The position numbers were made by a program, and so were the translations under genes. The notes below the pieces were generated by a model, which was given only the letters and a program-made list of their open reading frames with translations, was not told the DNA's origin and did no database searches. Shown here piece after piece: positions 9,404-18,815 of a stretch of 64,000 bases of DNA. Numbering within the stretch: the first letter of the stretch is position 1; every line of letters starts with the position of its first letter. The stretch covers positions 14,722 to 78,721 of the forward strand of contig DATIHL010000011.1 in assembly GCA_035480715.1 (NCBI GenBank), given 5' to 3'. Source of the stretch: Candidatus Saccharimonadales bacterium (lineage in GTDB: Bacteria; Patescibacteriota; Saccharimonadia; Saccharimonadales; UBA10212).

Positions 9404-10426
9404 ATGGAGTATAGAAATCCGGAAATTCGGGACGCTGCTAAGCTGCTCAGGCAAAAGTTTGAGAAGCTCGAGGATAAACGGGCCATTTTGCGCGCGCCTG
9501 AACTTTTGGCCTTGTATGATCGAATAAAGACATTGCCTCAAGACAAACGAGCAGTCTTTGGTAAAGAAGTGAACGGTCTGAAAACCGAACTCGAGCAACT
9601 TGTAAAAGATTCTCTAAGTCCTAAACTCTCTGTCCTAAGTCCTATCGACGTTACCGCTCCTTTTGATGTTAATGTAGCGCCGCAAAATCGCCCGTCGCTT
9701 CTATTATCAGAGGTCGGTAGCCGACATCCCGTTATGACCGAGCTCGAAAACATTCTGGACATTTTTGCCCGTATGGGCTTTATGGCTGTGGAATCACGCG
9801 AGATTGACGATGATTACCATATGTTCGGCTCGCTCAACTTCCCTAAAGATCATCCAGCACGCGACGATTACGACACCTTCGTAACAGATGAAGGATTATT
9901 CGCACCAGCTCATACATCCATCATGCAAAACAGAGTAATGAAGGCTCAAAAACCACCGATCCGCGTGGTAATACCGGGTAGAGTTTTTCGAAATGAAGAT
10001 TTGGATGCCCGCCATGAGCACACCTTTTACCAACTTGAAGGTGTCTATATTGACGAAGGAATCAATGCCGGGCATTTGATAGCCACACTCAAAACTTTTT
10101 TGGAAGAATATTTCGCGCAAAAATTGGAAGTTAAAACTCAGCCATTTTACTTCCCGTTTACCGAGCCTAGCTTTGAATTTGCGTTGTCTTGCCCATTCTG
10201 CCAAAAGAAAGGCTGCAATGTTTGTAGCTATACCGGCTGGATTGAGCTGCTTGGCTGCGGCATGATCCACCCCAACGTCTTAAAAGAGGGCGGCATAAAT
10301 CCGCAAAAATACACCGGGTTTGCCTGGGGTATGGGCATCGAGCGCCTTGTAATGATGAAATACGACATCGAAGACATCCGCCACTTCGAATCCGGGAATT
10401 TAGCTTTCTTGAGGCAATTTTCATGA
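9404..10426 (+). CDS. pheS: Phenylalanine--tRNA ligase alpha subunit
   Basis: Class II aaRS motifs 2 and 3 are present (FRNEDLDARHEHTFYQLEG and GFAWGMGIERL). Confidence 0.9.
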   Translation: MEYRNPEIRDAAKLLRQKFEKLEDKRAILRAPELLALYDRIKTLPQDKRAVFGKEVNGLKTELEQLVKDSLSPKLSVLSPIDVTAPFDVNVAPQNRPSLLLSEVGSRHPVMTELENILDIFARMGFMAVESREIDDDYHMFGSLNFPKDHPARDDYDTFVTDEGLFAPAHTSIMQNRVMKAQKPPIRVVIPGRVFRNEDLDARHEHTFYQLEGVYIDEGINAGHLIATLKTFLEEYFAQKLEVKTQPFYFPFTEPSFEFALSCPFCQKKGCNVCSYTGWIELLGCGMIHPNVLKEGGINPQKYTGFAWGMGIERLVMMKYDIEDIRHFESGNLAFLRQFS

Positions 10427-11001
10427 AAGAGGTTAGAGATAAAATACATCGAATTATGGCACCAAGGCTAGTTTTTTTGCTTGGCACTGTGTCGGAAGAT
10501 GGTGAAAGAAACATTATGCCGATTTCTAGTGTTACCTCTATTAGCACAGACCCTGGAATGGCCATCGTAGCTGTCTATAAAGAATGGCAAACTTGCAAAA
10601 ATCTCGAGACCGCCAACGGGTTTACACTATCCTTGGCCCCAAAAGAACAATTGGAGTTAGTGTGGAAGCTTGGCGGAAAATATTCAGGTTATCGATCTTC
10701 TATGAAAAAAGTTGAAGAATTTAAGAATAGCCTAGATTTTAATTTTTCTAAATACGGACCGGTTCTAAAGGGCGCTCTAGGTTGGATTGAATGCGAAGTT
10801 GTCGATCGTCCCAATGCCGGCAAGGGCAATCACTTGCTAGTAACCGGAAAATACACAAAAGCTATGATTGACGAAACAAAGTATACATCTGAAATTTTGC
10901 CTATAGGAGCACCAAAGCCATTAATGCAGTGGGCTCAAAACGCGTTCTCGACTCCTGACAATATTTTCGACATTCCATATTACGAGGGACCACGGATATG
11001 A
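10423..11001 (+). CDS. Flavin reductase-like FMN-binding split-barrel protein
   Basis: The Flavin_Reduct domain pattern is present (APRLVFLLGTVSEDGERNIMPISS ... WIECEV). Its start overlaps the pheS stop and its stop overlaps the pheT start. Confidence 0.65.
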   Translation: MKEVRDKIHRIMAPRLVFLLGTVSEDGERNIMPISSVTSISTDPGMAIVAVYKEWQTCKNLETANGFTLSLAPKEQLELVWKLGGKYSGYRSSMKKVEEFKNSLDFNFSKYGPVLKGALGWIECEVVDRPNAGKGNHLLVTGKYTKAMIDETKYTSEILPIGAPKPLMQWAQNAFSTPDNIFDIPYYEGPRI

Positions 11002-13508
11002 AAGTCAGCGTTAATTGGATTAAAAGCATCAGCGAACAATACCAAAGCTCAGCTAATTTAATTCCGGATGATATAGACAAACTAGTTGAAAAAATCGGGG
11101 CGCAGCTAGGTGCTGTAGAAGAAGTCGTTGATTTGGGTAAGAAATACACAGGCATTATCGTAGTTAAAGTCATCTCATGCCAAAAGCACTCTAATGCCGA
11201 TAAATTGAACGTTTGTTTAGTAGATGATGGTCGGGTAAATAAAAAAGTTAAACGCAATAAGGACGGATTGATAGAAGTTGTCTGTGGAGCACCGAACGTT
11301 AAAGCTGGTATGCTAGCTGCCTGGATCCCCCCTGGTAATACGGTCCCCAGCACTTATGATAAAGAGCCACTTGTTCTGGAAGTCCGCGAGATTCGCGGCG
11401 TTGTAAGCAACGGTATGTTAGCCAGCCTCAAAGAACTAGCTATCGGTGACGATCACACCGGCATTTTAGAGATCGATAAGGTTGCTAAGCCCGGGGACAA
11501 CCTTGCTGAGCTATACCGTATGAACGATTACGTTATCGATATAGAAAATAAGATGTTTACTCATCGGCCAGATTGCTTTGGCATGCTGGGTATTGCCCGC
11601 GAACTAGCTGGTATTCAAGGGCTGATGTTCAAGAGTCCTGATTGGTATCGGGCTGATGCTGATGTGCCTGCGTCCAGAGCGCGTGATGATCATAAATTGA
11701 TCGTCAAAAATGAAGTCCCCAAACTAGTGCCAAGTTTTTGCGCCTTGGTAATTAAAGACGTCAAAGTTGAACCAAGCCCTGTCTGGCTACGAGCTAGTTT
11801 GAGTCGAGTCGGTGTGAAATCCATAAATAACATCGTTGATTTAACCAACTTCTATATGTATCTAACAGCCCAACCACTGCATGCTTACGACTACGACAAA
11901 GTTAAAACCGGTATTTTAGGTGTCAGGCTGAGCAAGAAAGGCGAGCAGCTGAAACTGCTGGGCGGTAAAGAGATTAAGTTGGATGAGGGCGCGGTCGTTA
12001 TAACTGACGGCAGTAGGCCAATTGGTTTGGGTGGCATAATGGGTGGCGCCAATACCGAAGTTGATGAAAACACCAAAACTATTATTTTAGAATGCGCTAA
12101 TTTTGACATGAACCAGACACGTAAAACAGCGATGGAATATGGTTTGTTTACCGATGCGGCAACTCGGTTCACTAAAAACCAGAGCCCGCGCCAAAACCGA
12201 ACTGTAATCGCCAAGGCCGCTGACGACATACTGAGGATTGCTGGCGGTCGGGTGAGCGGCAAATTGATTGATGACAAGCACTTTAGCTCGAAGGACCAAG
12301 TTATAGAGGTCTCAACCGAATTTATAAATAGTCGACTAGGCCTAAATCTATCAGCTGCTCAAATTAAAAAGCTTTTAGAGAATGTTGAGTTTGCTGTAAA
12401 AAATACCGGCGGTAAATTGTTGGTTTTAGCGCCATTTTGGCGAACCGACATAGAAATTCCTGAAGACATAGTCGAAGAAGTCGGGCGTTTGTATGGTTAC
12501 GATCATCTGCCAGTAGAACTGCCTCCGCGCGATCTAAAGCCTGCTAAGCTCGATCCACTGCTAGCATTCAAATCGCAGTTGCGAGACATCCTCTCAGCGG
12601 CCGGCGCTAACGAAGTACTAACCTATAGCTTTGTTCATGAATCACTGTTGCAAAAAGTCGGCCAGGACCCAAAGGTCGCTTACCATATCCGTAACGCCCT
12701 AAGCCCAGACCTTCAGTATTACCGCCTTAGCCTAACACCGAGTTTATTGGAAAAAGGCCATCCTAATATCAAGGCCGGTTTCGATGAGTTTGCAATTTTT
12801 GAAATCAATAAAGCTCACAATCAGATGATGAAAGATGAGCAAGAAAAAGATTTGCCTAAAGAATTCGAGATGCTGTCGTTTGTATTTGCATCCAACAGCA
12901 AATCTCTTAAACAAAATGGTGCTCCAGTCTATCAAGCCCGCATTTTTTTGGATTATCTGGCGAAGAAGCTAGGCATAGAGCTGGAGTATAAGCCCATCGC
13001 AAAAGAAGAGGATTATCAAGTGGTCAAGCCATTCGACCATAAACGATCCGCTCAGGTATGGGCACATAAGACCCCGCTTGGCATGATAGGGGAATATAAA
13101 CAATCAGTAATGGCCAACCTAAAGTTACCGCAATATTCTGCCGGCTTCGAAATCGGCATCAAAGAGTTATTAGCTGTAGTACCGCCGCATATCATCTATC
13201 GGCCTCTCAACCGCTTTCCGAGCTTGGATCAAGACTTTTGTCTACGATCAGCAACAAACTTTACCTATTCCGAATTAACGAAATTTATGACGGACCAGCT
13301 ATTCAGGGTAACCAAAGAACACGGCTACGGTTATACGATATCGCCTCTCGATATTTTCCAGCGGCCTGAGGATAAGGAACATAAGCAAACTACGTGGCGA
13401 ATTACTTTATGGCACCCCGAACGGACCTTAACTACCGAAGAAGTTAATAAATTACTTGATAAAATAGCAGGAGAGGCAGCTAAAAAACTCAATGCAGAAA
13501 GGATATAG
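10998..13508 (+). CDS. pheT: Phenylalanine--tRNA ligase beta subunit
   Basis: 836 aa with the expected tRNA-binding N-terminus, B3/B4 and B5 domains and a class II-like core. Overall similarity is clear. Confidence 0.9.
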   Translation: MKVSVNWIKSISEQYQSSANLIPDDIDKLVEKIGAQLGAVEEVVDLGKKYTGIIVVKVISCQKHSNADKLNVCLVDDGRVNKKVKRNKDGLIEVVCGAPNVKAGMLAAWIPPGNTVPSTYDKEPLVLEVREIRGVVSNGMLASLKELAIGDDHTGILEIDKVAKPGDNLAELYRMNDYVIDIENKMFTHRPDCFGMLGIARELAGIQGLMFKSPDWYRADADVPASRARDDHKLIVKNEVPKLVPSFCALVIKDVKVEPSPVWLRASLSRVGVKSINNIVDLTNFYMYLTAQPLHAYDYDKVKTGILGVRLSKKGEQLKLLGGKEIKLDEGAVVITDGSRPIGLGGIMGGANTEVDENTKTIILECANFDMNQTRKTAMEYGLFTDAATRFTKNQSPRQNRTVIAKAADDILRIAGGRVSGKLIDDKHFSSKDQVIEVSTEFINSRLGLNLSAAQIKKLLENVEFAVKNTGGKLLVLAPFWRTDIEIPEDIVEEVGRLYGYDHLPVELPPRDLKPAKLDPLLAFKSQLRDILSAAGANEVLTYSFVHESLLQKVGQDPKVAYHIRNALSPDLQYYRLSLTPSLLEKGHPNIKAGFDEFAIFEINKAHNQMMKDEQEKDLPKEFEMLSFVFASNSKSLKQNGAPVYQARIFLDYLAKKLGIELEYKPIAKEEDYQVVKPFDHKRSAQVWAHKTPLGMIGEYKQSVMANLKLPQYSAGFEIGIKELLAVVPPHIIYRPLNRFPSLDQDFCLRSATNFTYSELTKFMTDQLFRVTKEHGYGYTISPLDIFQRPEDKEHKQTTWRITLWHPERTLTTEEVNKLLDKIAGEAAKKLNAERI

Positions 13509-14051
13509 ATGGACAAACCGAAAACCAGAAAAGAGAAAATTAAGAGCGGCTTGCGGCGGGCAATGTGGCTTTTCATGGCCCTGCTGTTTGTGGTTACAGG
13601 ATTAGGCGTGGGAATATACGCTTTTTGGCAAGGTACCCATCAGCCCAAAGACAACTCTAGCCAATCTCAGGACACGAGCAAGTTAAAAGGCAAGCCTCTG
13701 GCTGGTTTTACTCCTATTGCCCATGTGGATGGCTTGCAAAAGATCGACCAGAAAGCTGGCACGGGTGCGATTGCTAAAGCCAGTTCGACTGTAACAGTTA
13801 TATACACAGGAGCCGTGGCAGCGACTGGTATCGTTTTTGAAAGTTCGGCGGATACTGGGCAACCCGCCACCTTTAAGCTAAACCAAGTCATTAAAGGCTG
13901 GCAAGATGGCCTGCCGGGTATGACGGTTGGCGGCCAAAGACGCCTTCTAATCCCTGCTGCTGACGCTTATGGCGCTAACCCACCCGCAGGCAGCGGAATA
14001 CCGCCTAACGCTGATTTAGTTTTTGATATAACTCTCCTAAACGTCCAATAG
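13509..14051 (+). CDS. FKBP-type peptidyl-prolyl cis-trans isomerase with an N-terminal membrane anchor
   Basis: An N-terminal TM segment is followed by an FKBP domain (FKLNQVIKGWQDGLPGM ... GGQRRLLIP). Confidence 0.8.
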   Translation: MDKPKTRKEKIKSGLRRAMWLFMALLFVVTGLGVGIYAFWQGTHQPKDNSSQSQDTSKLKGKPLAGFTPIAHVDGLQKIDQKAGTGAIAKASSTVTVIYTGAVAATGIVFESSADTGQPATFKLNQVIKGWQDGLPGMTVGGQRRLLIPAADAYGANPPAGSGIPPNADLVFDITLLNVQ

Positions 14052-14071
14052 TGTCTAAGTGGTGACAAAAA

Positions 14072-14085
14072 CACTACATGTAGTG
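14072..14085 (+). promoter_or_regulatory. Perfect 14-bp palindrome (NrdR-box-like) abutting the -35 of the nrdH-like promoter
   Basis: CACTACATGTAGTG, within aACACTACATGTAGTGg, resembles the NrdR box acaCwAtATaTwGtgt. TTGACG at 14089-14094 is followed by a 17-nt spacer and TATATT at 14112-14117. Confidence 0.4.
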
Positions 14086-14169
14086 GTATTGACGCCGCTT
14101 GGTACACAAGCTATATTAGTTAAGCGAGAGCTTAAGTTTAAAACCCAAACAACAAAAAGGAGGGGTTAA

Positions 14170-14418
14170 ATGACTAAAAATATCACTATTTTTACTACTA
14201 ACACCTGTGCCTACTGCGGCATGGTTAAGAAATTCCTGGATATGAAAGGAATGCCTTACGAGGTAGTAAATTTGGACGAGCACCCCGATCGTCAAGAAGA
14301 AGTTTTGCGAATGAGCGGCGCCCTAACCGTGCCCATTACGGTGGTTACTAAACAGGACGACTCCAAACAAGTTGTGGTCGGATACAACTTATCCCAACTA
14401 GCCCCAGCAGTAGCTTAA
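14170..14418 (+). CDS. nrdH: Glutaredoxin-like protein (NrdH-like redoxin)
   Basis: 82 aa with a CAYC redox motif and a thioredoxin fold (VPITVV). It lies directly upstream of trxB. Confidence 0.65.
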   Translation: MTKNITIFTTNTCAYCGMVKKFLDMKGMPYEVVNLDEHPDRQEEVLRMSGALTVPITVVTKQDDSKQVVVGYNLSQLAPAVA

Positions 14419-14446
14419 AATCGCTCGCTCCCTTACTCTCCAGCAC

Positions 14447-14500
14447 GCTCGAAAACGTGATGTCACTCGGCCAAGCAGTTCGAGCTCTCTCAGTTTTCTC
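14447..14500 (+). terminator. Candidate intrinsic terminator after the nrdH-like gene
   Basis: A GCTCGAA ... TTCGAGC stem spans 14447-14485 and is followed by the T-rich TCTCTCAGTTTTCTC. Confidence 0.3.
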
Positions 14501-14598
14501 GCATGTGCTGCCAAGCAATAAGCTTCGTTTATTCGATTTGGTTAATGATTAATTGTAAATGTAGAATGGTAGATAAACCGTGAAGTGGAAAATGGTAA

Positions 14599-15600
14599 AT
14601 GGAAAATAGTAGAGGTAGCAAGCAAAATCCTCATGATCTGGTAATTATCGGTGCCGGGCCGGCCGCGCTGAGTGCTGCTGTTTATACCTGCCGCGAGGAT
14701 ATTGACACAGTTTTATTCGAAAAAGGCGCTATTGGCGGACTGGCCGCAGTAACTGATTGGGTTGATAACTATCCTGGATTTGCTAAGGGAATAGCCGGCC
14801 TAGAGCTATCGCAAGCTATGCAGGACCAGGCTGAGCGCTTTGGAGCCAAAATTGAGCTAGGTGAAGTGCAAAAACTTGAGGTCGAAGGTGATTTAAAAAA
14901 GCTCGCAACTACCGGTGGCGATATTTATACTAAGGCGGTGCTTATTGCTACAGGCAGTGAATATCGCCAAATCGGGGTGCCCGGCGAGAAAGAATATTAC
15001 GCCCGCGGCGTGCACTACTGCGCGACTTGCGACGGCGCTTTTTACCGCGATAAAAAACTGGTTGTTGTAGGAGGCGGTAATTCGGCGACTCAGGAATCGA
15101 TATTTTTGACCAAATTCGCCAGCCATATTGATATGTTGGTACGCGGTGACAAATTGCGTGCCAGCGATGTTTTAGTTCGTGAGCTAGAGCAACATAAAGA
15201 TAAAATTACCATTCATTTCAATACAACTACCGATGAAATTGTTGGTCAAGATAATAAAGTAGTGAAAGTCGTCGGGACAGATAAAATTAGCGGTCAAAAG
15301 GTTGAATTCCCGACTGATGGCGTGTTTGTATTTGTTGGCTTAGATCCCAATACCAAGTTCCTAGAAGGAAGTGGAGTTGAGCTTGACGAGCGCAGTTTTG
15401 TTAAATCAGGGCAAAATCTTATGACCAATATTCCAGGCGTGTTTGTGGCCGGTGATGTTAGATCAGGTGCCACGCTACAAATTGCCAGCGCGTCTGGCGA
15501 AGGTGCTACAGCGGCTCTGATGATTCGAGAGTATCTGGAATCACTTAAGCGCGGCCCGATGTCTGAAGCAGTAATCGGTCACCCGCAACTGTACGCCTAA
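14599..15600 (+). CDS. trxB: Thioredoxin-disulfide reductase
   Basis: The GxGxxA FAD motif (VIIGAGPAAL) and the CATC redox-active disulfide (HYCATCDG) are present. Length and overall similarity fit TrxB. Confidence 0.9.
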   Translation: MENSRGSKQNPHDLVIIGAGPAALSAAVYTCREDIDTVLFEKGAIGGLAAVTDWVDNYPGFAKGIAGLELSQAMQDQAERFGAKIELGEVQKLEVEGDLKKLATTGGDIYTKAVLIATGSEYRQIGVPGEKEYYARGVHYCATCDGAFYRDKKLVVVGGGNSATQESIFLTKFASHIDMLVRGDKLRASDVLVRELEQHKDKITIHFNTTTDEIVGQDNKVVKVVGTDKISGQKVEFPTDGVFVFVGLDPNTKFLEGSGVELDERSFVKSGQNLMTNIPGVFVAGDVRSGATLQIASASGEGATAALMIREYLESLKRGPMSEAVIGHPQLYA

Positions 15601-15664
15601 TTCTTAACTGACGGACAACCTAGATAGTGGTATTATTAGGGCGTCTAATTCAAGGAGGTGCGCT

Positions 15665-16102
15665 ATGAGGAGACTTATAGGGGCGTTAATTATTATCATT
15701 ATTATCGTTGCGGCTATAATAGCTATTGCTGCTGGGGGGAATAACAATAATAAACCGACGACTACCCAGCCCAACGCCAATCCCAGCCAGAATGCGAATA
15801 ATACAAACACTACACCAACAAGTACAAGTCCCAGCCAAACGCCGGCGTCAACTAGCAAGGTTAGTATTGCCGATATGGCTTTTTCGCCAGCAACTTTAAC
15901 TGTAAAAAAAGGCACTACTGTTACCTGGACCAATAACGACAACACAGCTCACACTGTAACTGCCGATTCGGGCACTGGACCGGCTAGCGGGACCCTCAAC
16001 CCGGGTCAGACATATGACTTTACTTTTAACAGCGTAGGTACATTTAATTACCACTGCTCAATCCATCCCACGATGCACGGTACCGCAACAGTCACTGAGT
16101 AA
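15665..16102 (+). CDS. Membrane-anchored type-1 (blue) copper protein of the plastocyanin/amicyanin type
   Basis: An N-terminal TM segment is followed by an N/T/P/S-rich linker. The cupredoxin domain carries the ligand set His ... Cys-x2-His-x2-Met (TAHTVT ... YHCSIHPTMHG). Confidence 0.7.
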   Translation: MRRLIGALIIIIIIVAAIIAIAAGGNNNNKPTTTQPNANPSQNANNTNTTPTSTSPSQTPASTSKVSIADMAFSPATLTVKKGTTVTWTNNDNTAHTVTADSGTGPASGTLNPGQTYDFTFNSVGTFNYHCSIHPTMHGTATVTE

Positions 16103-16161
16103 AATTTTTCTAAAAATCCTTCCAGGCTGTACAATATGCTTGAGTATATGAAGGAGTTAAA

Positions 16162-16701
16162 ATGATACACCAGCCTGTTAGTCCGGGAAAAAATCTACCG
16201 GACGAAGTGAATTTGATTATCGAAATACAACGCGGCGGCGGTCGCAACAAGTACGAATTCGATAAGGAAACCGGTCGCCTAACTCTCGACAGAGTAAACG
16301 GTACGACTGCTACATATCCCACGGATTATGGCTATATACCAGGCACGTTATGCGAGGATGGCGATCCGCTGGACGCATTGCTCTTAATTGATGAGCCAGT
16401 TGTGCATGGTGCCGTAGTGCCCGCGCGACCGATCGGGATCCTTTATATGATCGACGAAGACGAAGGCGATGAAAAACTGATATGCGTTCCGGTCAATGAT
16501 ATCAGCAAGGATCATCTCCACGAGTTGGCTGACTTATCTGATCAGGGTAAGAATTTCCAAAAAGTCGTCGAACAATTCTACACCCACTATAAAGACTGGA
16601 AGAATAACTGGCAGGGTGTGAAAATAGAATTCAAAGGCTGGGGCAACGCCGCCGAAGCCAAAAAGGTTATCCAGGAGTCTATCGCCAGGGCGTCGCAATA
16701 A
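16162..16701 (+). CDS. ppa: Inorganic pyrophosphatase, family I
   Basis: The EIQRGGGRNKYEFDKETG motif and conserved Asp residues are present. Confidence 0.9.
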   Translation: MIHQPVSPGKNLPDEVNLIIEIQRGGGRNKYEFDKETGRLTLDRVNGTTATYPTDYGYIPGTLCEDGDPLDALLLIDEPVVHGAVVPARPIGILYMIDEDEGDEKLICVPVNDISKDHLHELADLSDQGKNFQKVVEQFYTHYKDWKNNWQGVKIEFKGWGNAAEAKKVIQESIARASQ

Positions 16702-16770
16702 ATTAGTAAAATTGATTGCACTGGGGGAAGTGACCTCGTACAATAAGGTTATGTTTAAAATGGTGGGGAA

Positions 16771-18207
16771 ATGAAAACTAAAATTGCTATAAACGGATTC
16801 GGACGGATTGGCCGCAATGCTTTTAAAATTGCTTATGAGCGATCGGATTTGGAAATCGTAGCAATCAACGACTTAACAGACACCAAAACCCTAGCTCATC
16901 TTTTAAAACACGATAGTAACTACGGTGCCTATCAGCATGAAGTCAGTTTTGACGAAACTAATCTGATAGTTGAAGGCCAGAAAATTAAAGTACTCTCCGA
17001 GAAAGATCCAGCAAAACTACCATGGGGCGATCTGGGCGTACAGGTTGTTATTGAATCAACCGGTTTTTTTGTCGATCCAGCTAAAGCCAAAGCCCACATC
17101 GAGGCCGGCGCCAAAAAGGTTATTATCAGCGCACCGGCCAAAGGCGAGGGCGCAGAGACTATAGTAATCGGAGTTAATGAAGACAAAGCTGCCGAAGCCG
17201 GCGAGATTATAAGCAACGCTTCATGTACGACTAACTGCATAACGCCTGTCATGGGTGTACTAGAAGCTAATTTCGGTATCGAAAAAGCCATGATGACGAC
17301 TGTTCACAGCTATACGGCCAGCCAAGTTTTACAGGATGGCCCGGCTAAGGATTTAAGAGAGGCACGCAGCGCGGCCATAAACATAGTACCGACCACTACC
17401 GGCGCCAGTATAGCGGCGGCAAAGGCACTGCCAGCGCTTGAAGGTATCTTTGGCGGCATGAGTGTTCGTGTGCCGACTCCGGTGGTTTCTTTGAGCGATT
17501 TTGTGGTTGTCACAAAAAAGACTGTAACGGTTGATGAAGTCAACGAAGCGTTTAAAAAAGCCGCAGCCGATCCGTACTACCAGGGGATTTTGGATATAAC
17601 AGAAGATGAACTGGTTAGCAGCGATTTTATAGGCAACAGCCATTCAGCCATAGTTGATTTAAAACTTACAGCAGTTGTTGGCGGCAATTTACTGAAAGTC
17701 GTGGCCTGGTATGACAATGAGTGGGGTTATAGCAATCGATTGGTCGAACTTACGGCCGATGTTGGTCAACTATTGAACTCGGATGGACAATCCAATGACA
17801 CTAGTAGCCGAAAACCCGATGACCCAGTGCCTTCGACAGCACCGAAGTTACCTGACGACGATGATTCAAAGACTCCCGCTAATTCGAGCGACAATGATAA
17901 AGCCGACGAAGATTACAAAAAAGACGAAAAACCCAAATTTTCTATTCCAGTCGACGAGCCTTTAGTAGAGGAACCTGATTCCGCGCATGAGGATCTTTTA
18001 GAGGCTCCTAAACTAGAATCATTAGACCACCAACCTCAAGAAGATAAGGACGACAGGGCAGCAGGTGGAGATAATGCTCAAGGAGCGGCTTATATAATCA
18101 GCGGCGAAAAAGACTCAGTTAAAGCTGAAGATCATCCGACTAGTGATATTCCTACACCAAAACTGCCACCCGATGCCACAAACATCGATGGCATCCGTCA
18201 TTTTTAA
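16771..18207 (+). CDS. gap: Type I glyceraldehyde-3-phosphate dehydrogenase with a roughly 145-aa acidic/Pro-rich C-terminal extension
   Basis: The NGFGRIGR NAD motif and the SCTTNC active-site Cys are present. The GAPDH core ends near WYDNEWGYSNR, followed by a low-complexity D/E/P/K tail. Confidence 0.9.
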   Translation: MKTKIAINGFGRIGRNAFKIAYERSDLEIVAINDLTDTKTLAHLLKHDSNYGAYQHEVSFDETNLIVEGQKIKVLSEKDPAKLPWGDLGVQVVIESTGFFVDPAKAKAHIEAGAKKVIISAPAKGEGAETIVIGVNEDKAAEAGEIISNASCTTNCITPVMGVLEANFGIEKAMMTTVHSYTASQVLQDGPAKDLREARSAAINIVPTTTGASIAAAKALPALEGIFGGMSVRVPTPVVSLSDFVVVTKKTVTVDEVNEAFKKAAADPYYQGILDITEDELVSSDFIGNSHSAIVDLKLTAVVGGNLLKVVAWYDNEWGYSNRLVELTADVGQLLNSDGQSNDTSSRKPDDPVPSTAPKLPDDDDSKTPANSSDNDKADEDYKKDEKPKFSIPVDEPLVEEPDSAHEDLLEAPKLESLDHQPQEDKDDRAAGGDNAQGAAYIISGEKDSVKAEDHPTSDIPTPKLPPDATNIDGIRHF

Positions 18208-18314
18208 CGCCTTCGGCTTATGAGACAAACTGCGTTTTTCTCATCGCGCCGGGCGCGGAATGAATCCGCTGCTCGGGCTGCTCTTTTCCTAAGTAACAGT
18301 GGATGTAGATAGAA

Positions 18315-18815
18315 ATGAAAATAGCACTAGCTACTGATCACGCCGGCTATGAGCAGCTTAAAGAGTTGTCTGCCTATCTGGAATCTTCGGGACATGACAT
18401 TAAAAATTTTGGTCCGACATCATTAAAACCAGATGATGACTATCCAGACTTTATATTGCCAGCTGCGAAGTCCGTTGCAACCGGCGAGTGCGATCGGGGA
18501 ATTATATTAGGCGGTTCGGGTGAAGGCGAAGCTATGGCTGCCAATAAAATAAAAGGTATAAGATGCGCGGTGTTTTATGGCCCGGCTGTGCCCAGGCGTG
18601 TGATAGATGCTGGCGGGCGAACCAGTCATGACCCGTACGAGATTATCCGCTTGAGTAGGCAACATAATGATTCAAATATGCTGAGTTTGGCTGCCCGCTT
18701 TGTAGCTCTATCAGACATGAAGCAGGTTATCAAACTTTGGCTCGAGACACCCTTTAGTGACGAAGAACGACACAAGCGCCGCCTAGGTAAAATTAATAAA
18801 TTAGGAAGCCTGTAG
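18315..18815 (+). CDS. rpiB: Ribose-5-phosphate isomerase B
   Basis: RpiB/LacAB family similarity (MKIALATDHAGY ... GIILGGSGEGE). Confidence 0.8.
   Translation: MKIALATDHAGYEQLKELSAYLESSGHDIKNFGPTSLKPDDDYPDFILPAAKSVATGECDRGIILGGSGEGEAMAANKIKGIRCAVFYGPAVPRRVIDAGGRTSHDPYEIIRLSRQHNDSNMLSLAARFVALSDMKQVIKLWLETPFSDEERHKRRLGKINKLGSL

Noticed and set aside
12087-12299. Short antisense ORFs throughout large genes (e.g. within pheT, dnaE, clpC, the PBP)
   Set aside because: They are fully embedded antisense in strongly supported genes and have no independent support.
15604-15945. 113-aa hydrophobic ORF antisense to the cupredoxin gene
   Set aside because: It is the reverse complement of the Ile/Ala/Asn-rich N-terminus of a well-supported + strand gene.
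18208-18314. Possible tRNA or terminator in the gap-rpiB intergenic region (GCGGAATGAATCCGC and CGCGCCGGGCGCG hairpins)
   Set aside because: There is no cloverleaf, no strong T-tract, and the stems are short, so no confident call can be made.
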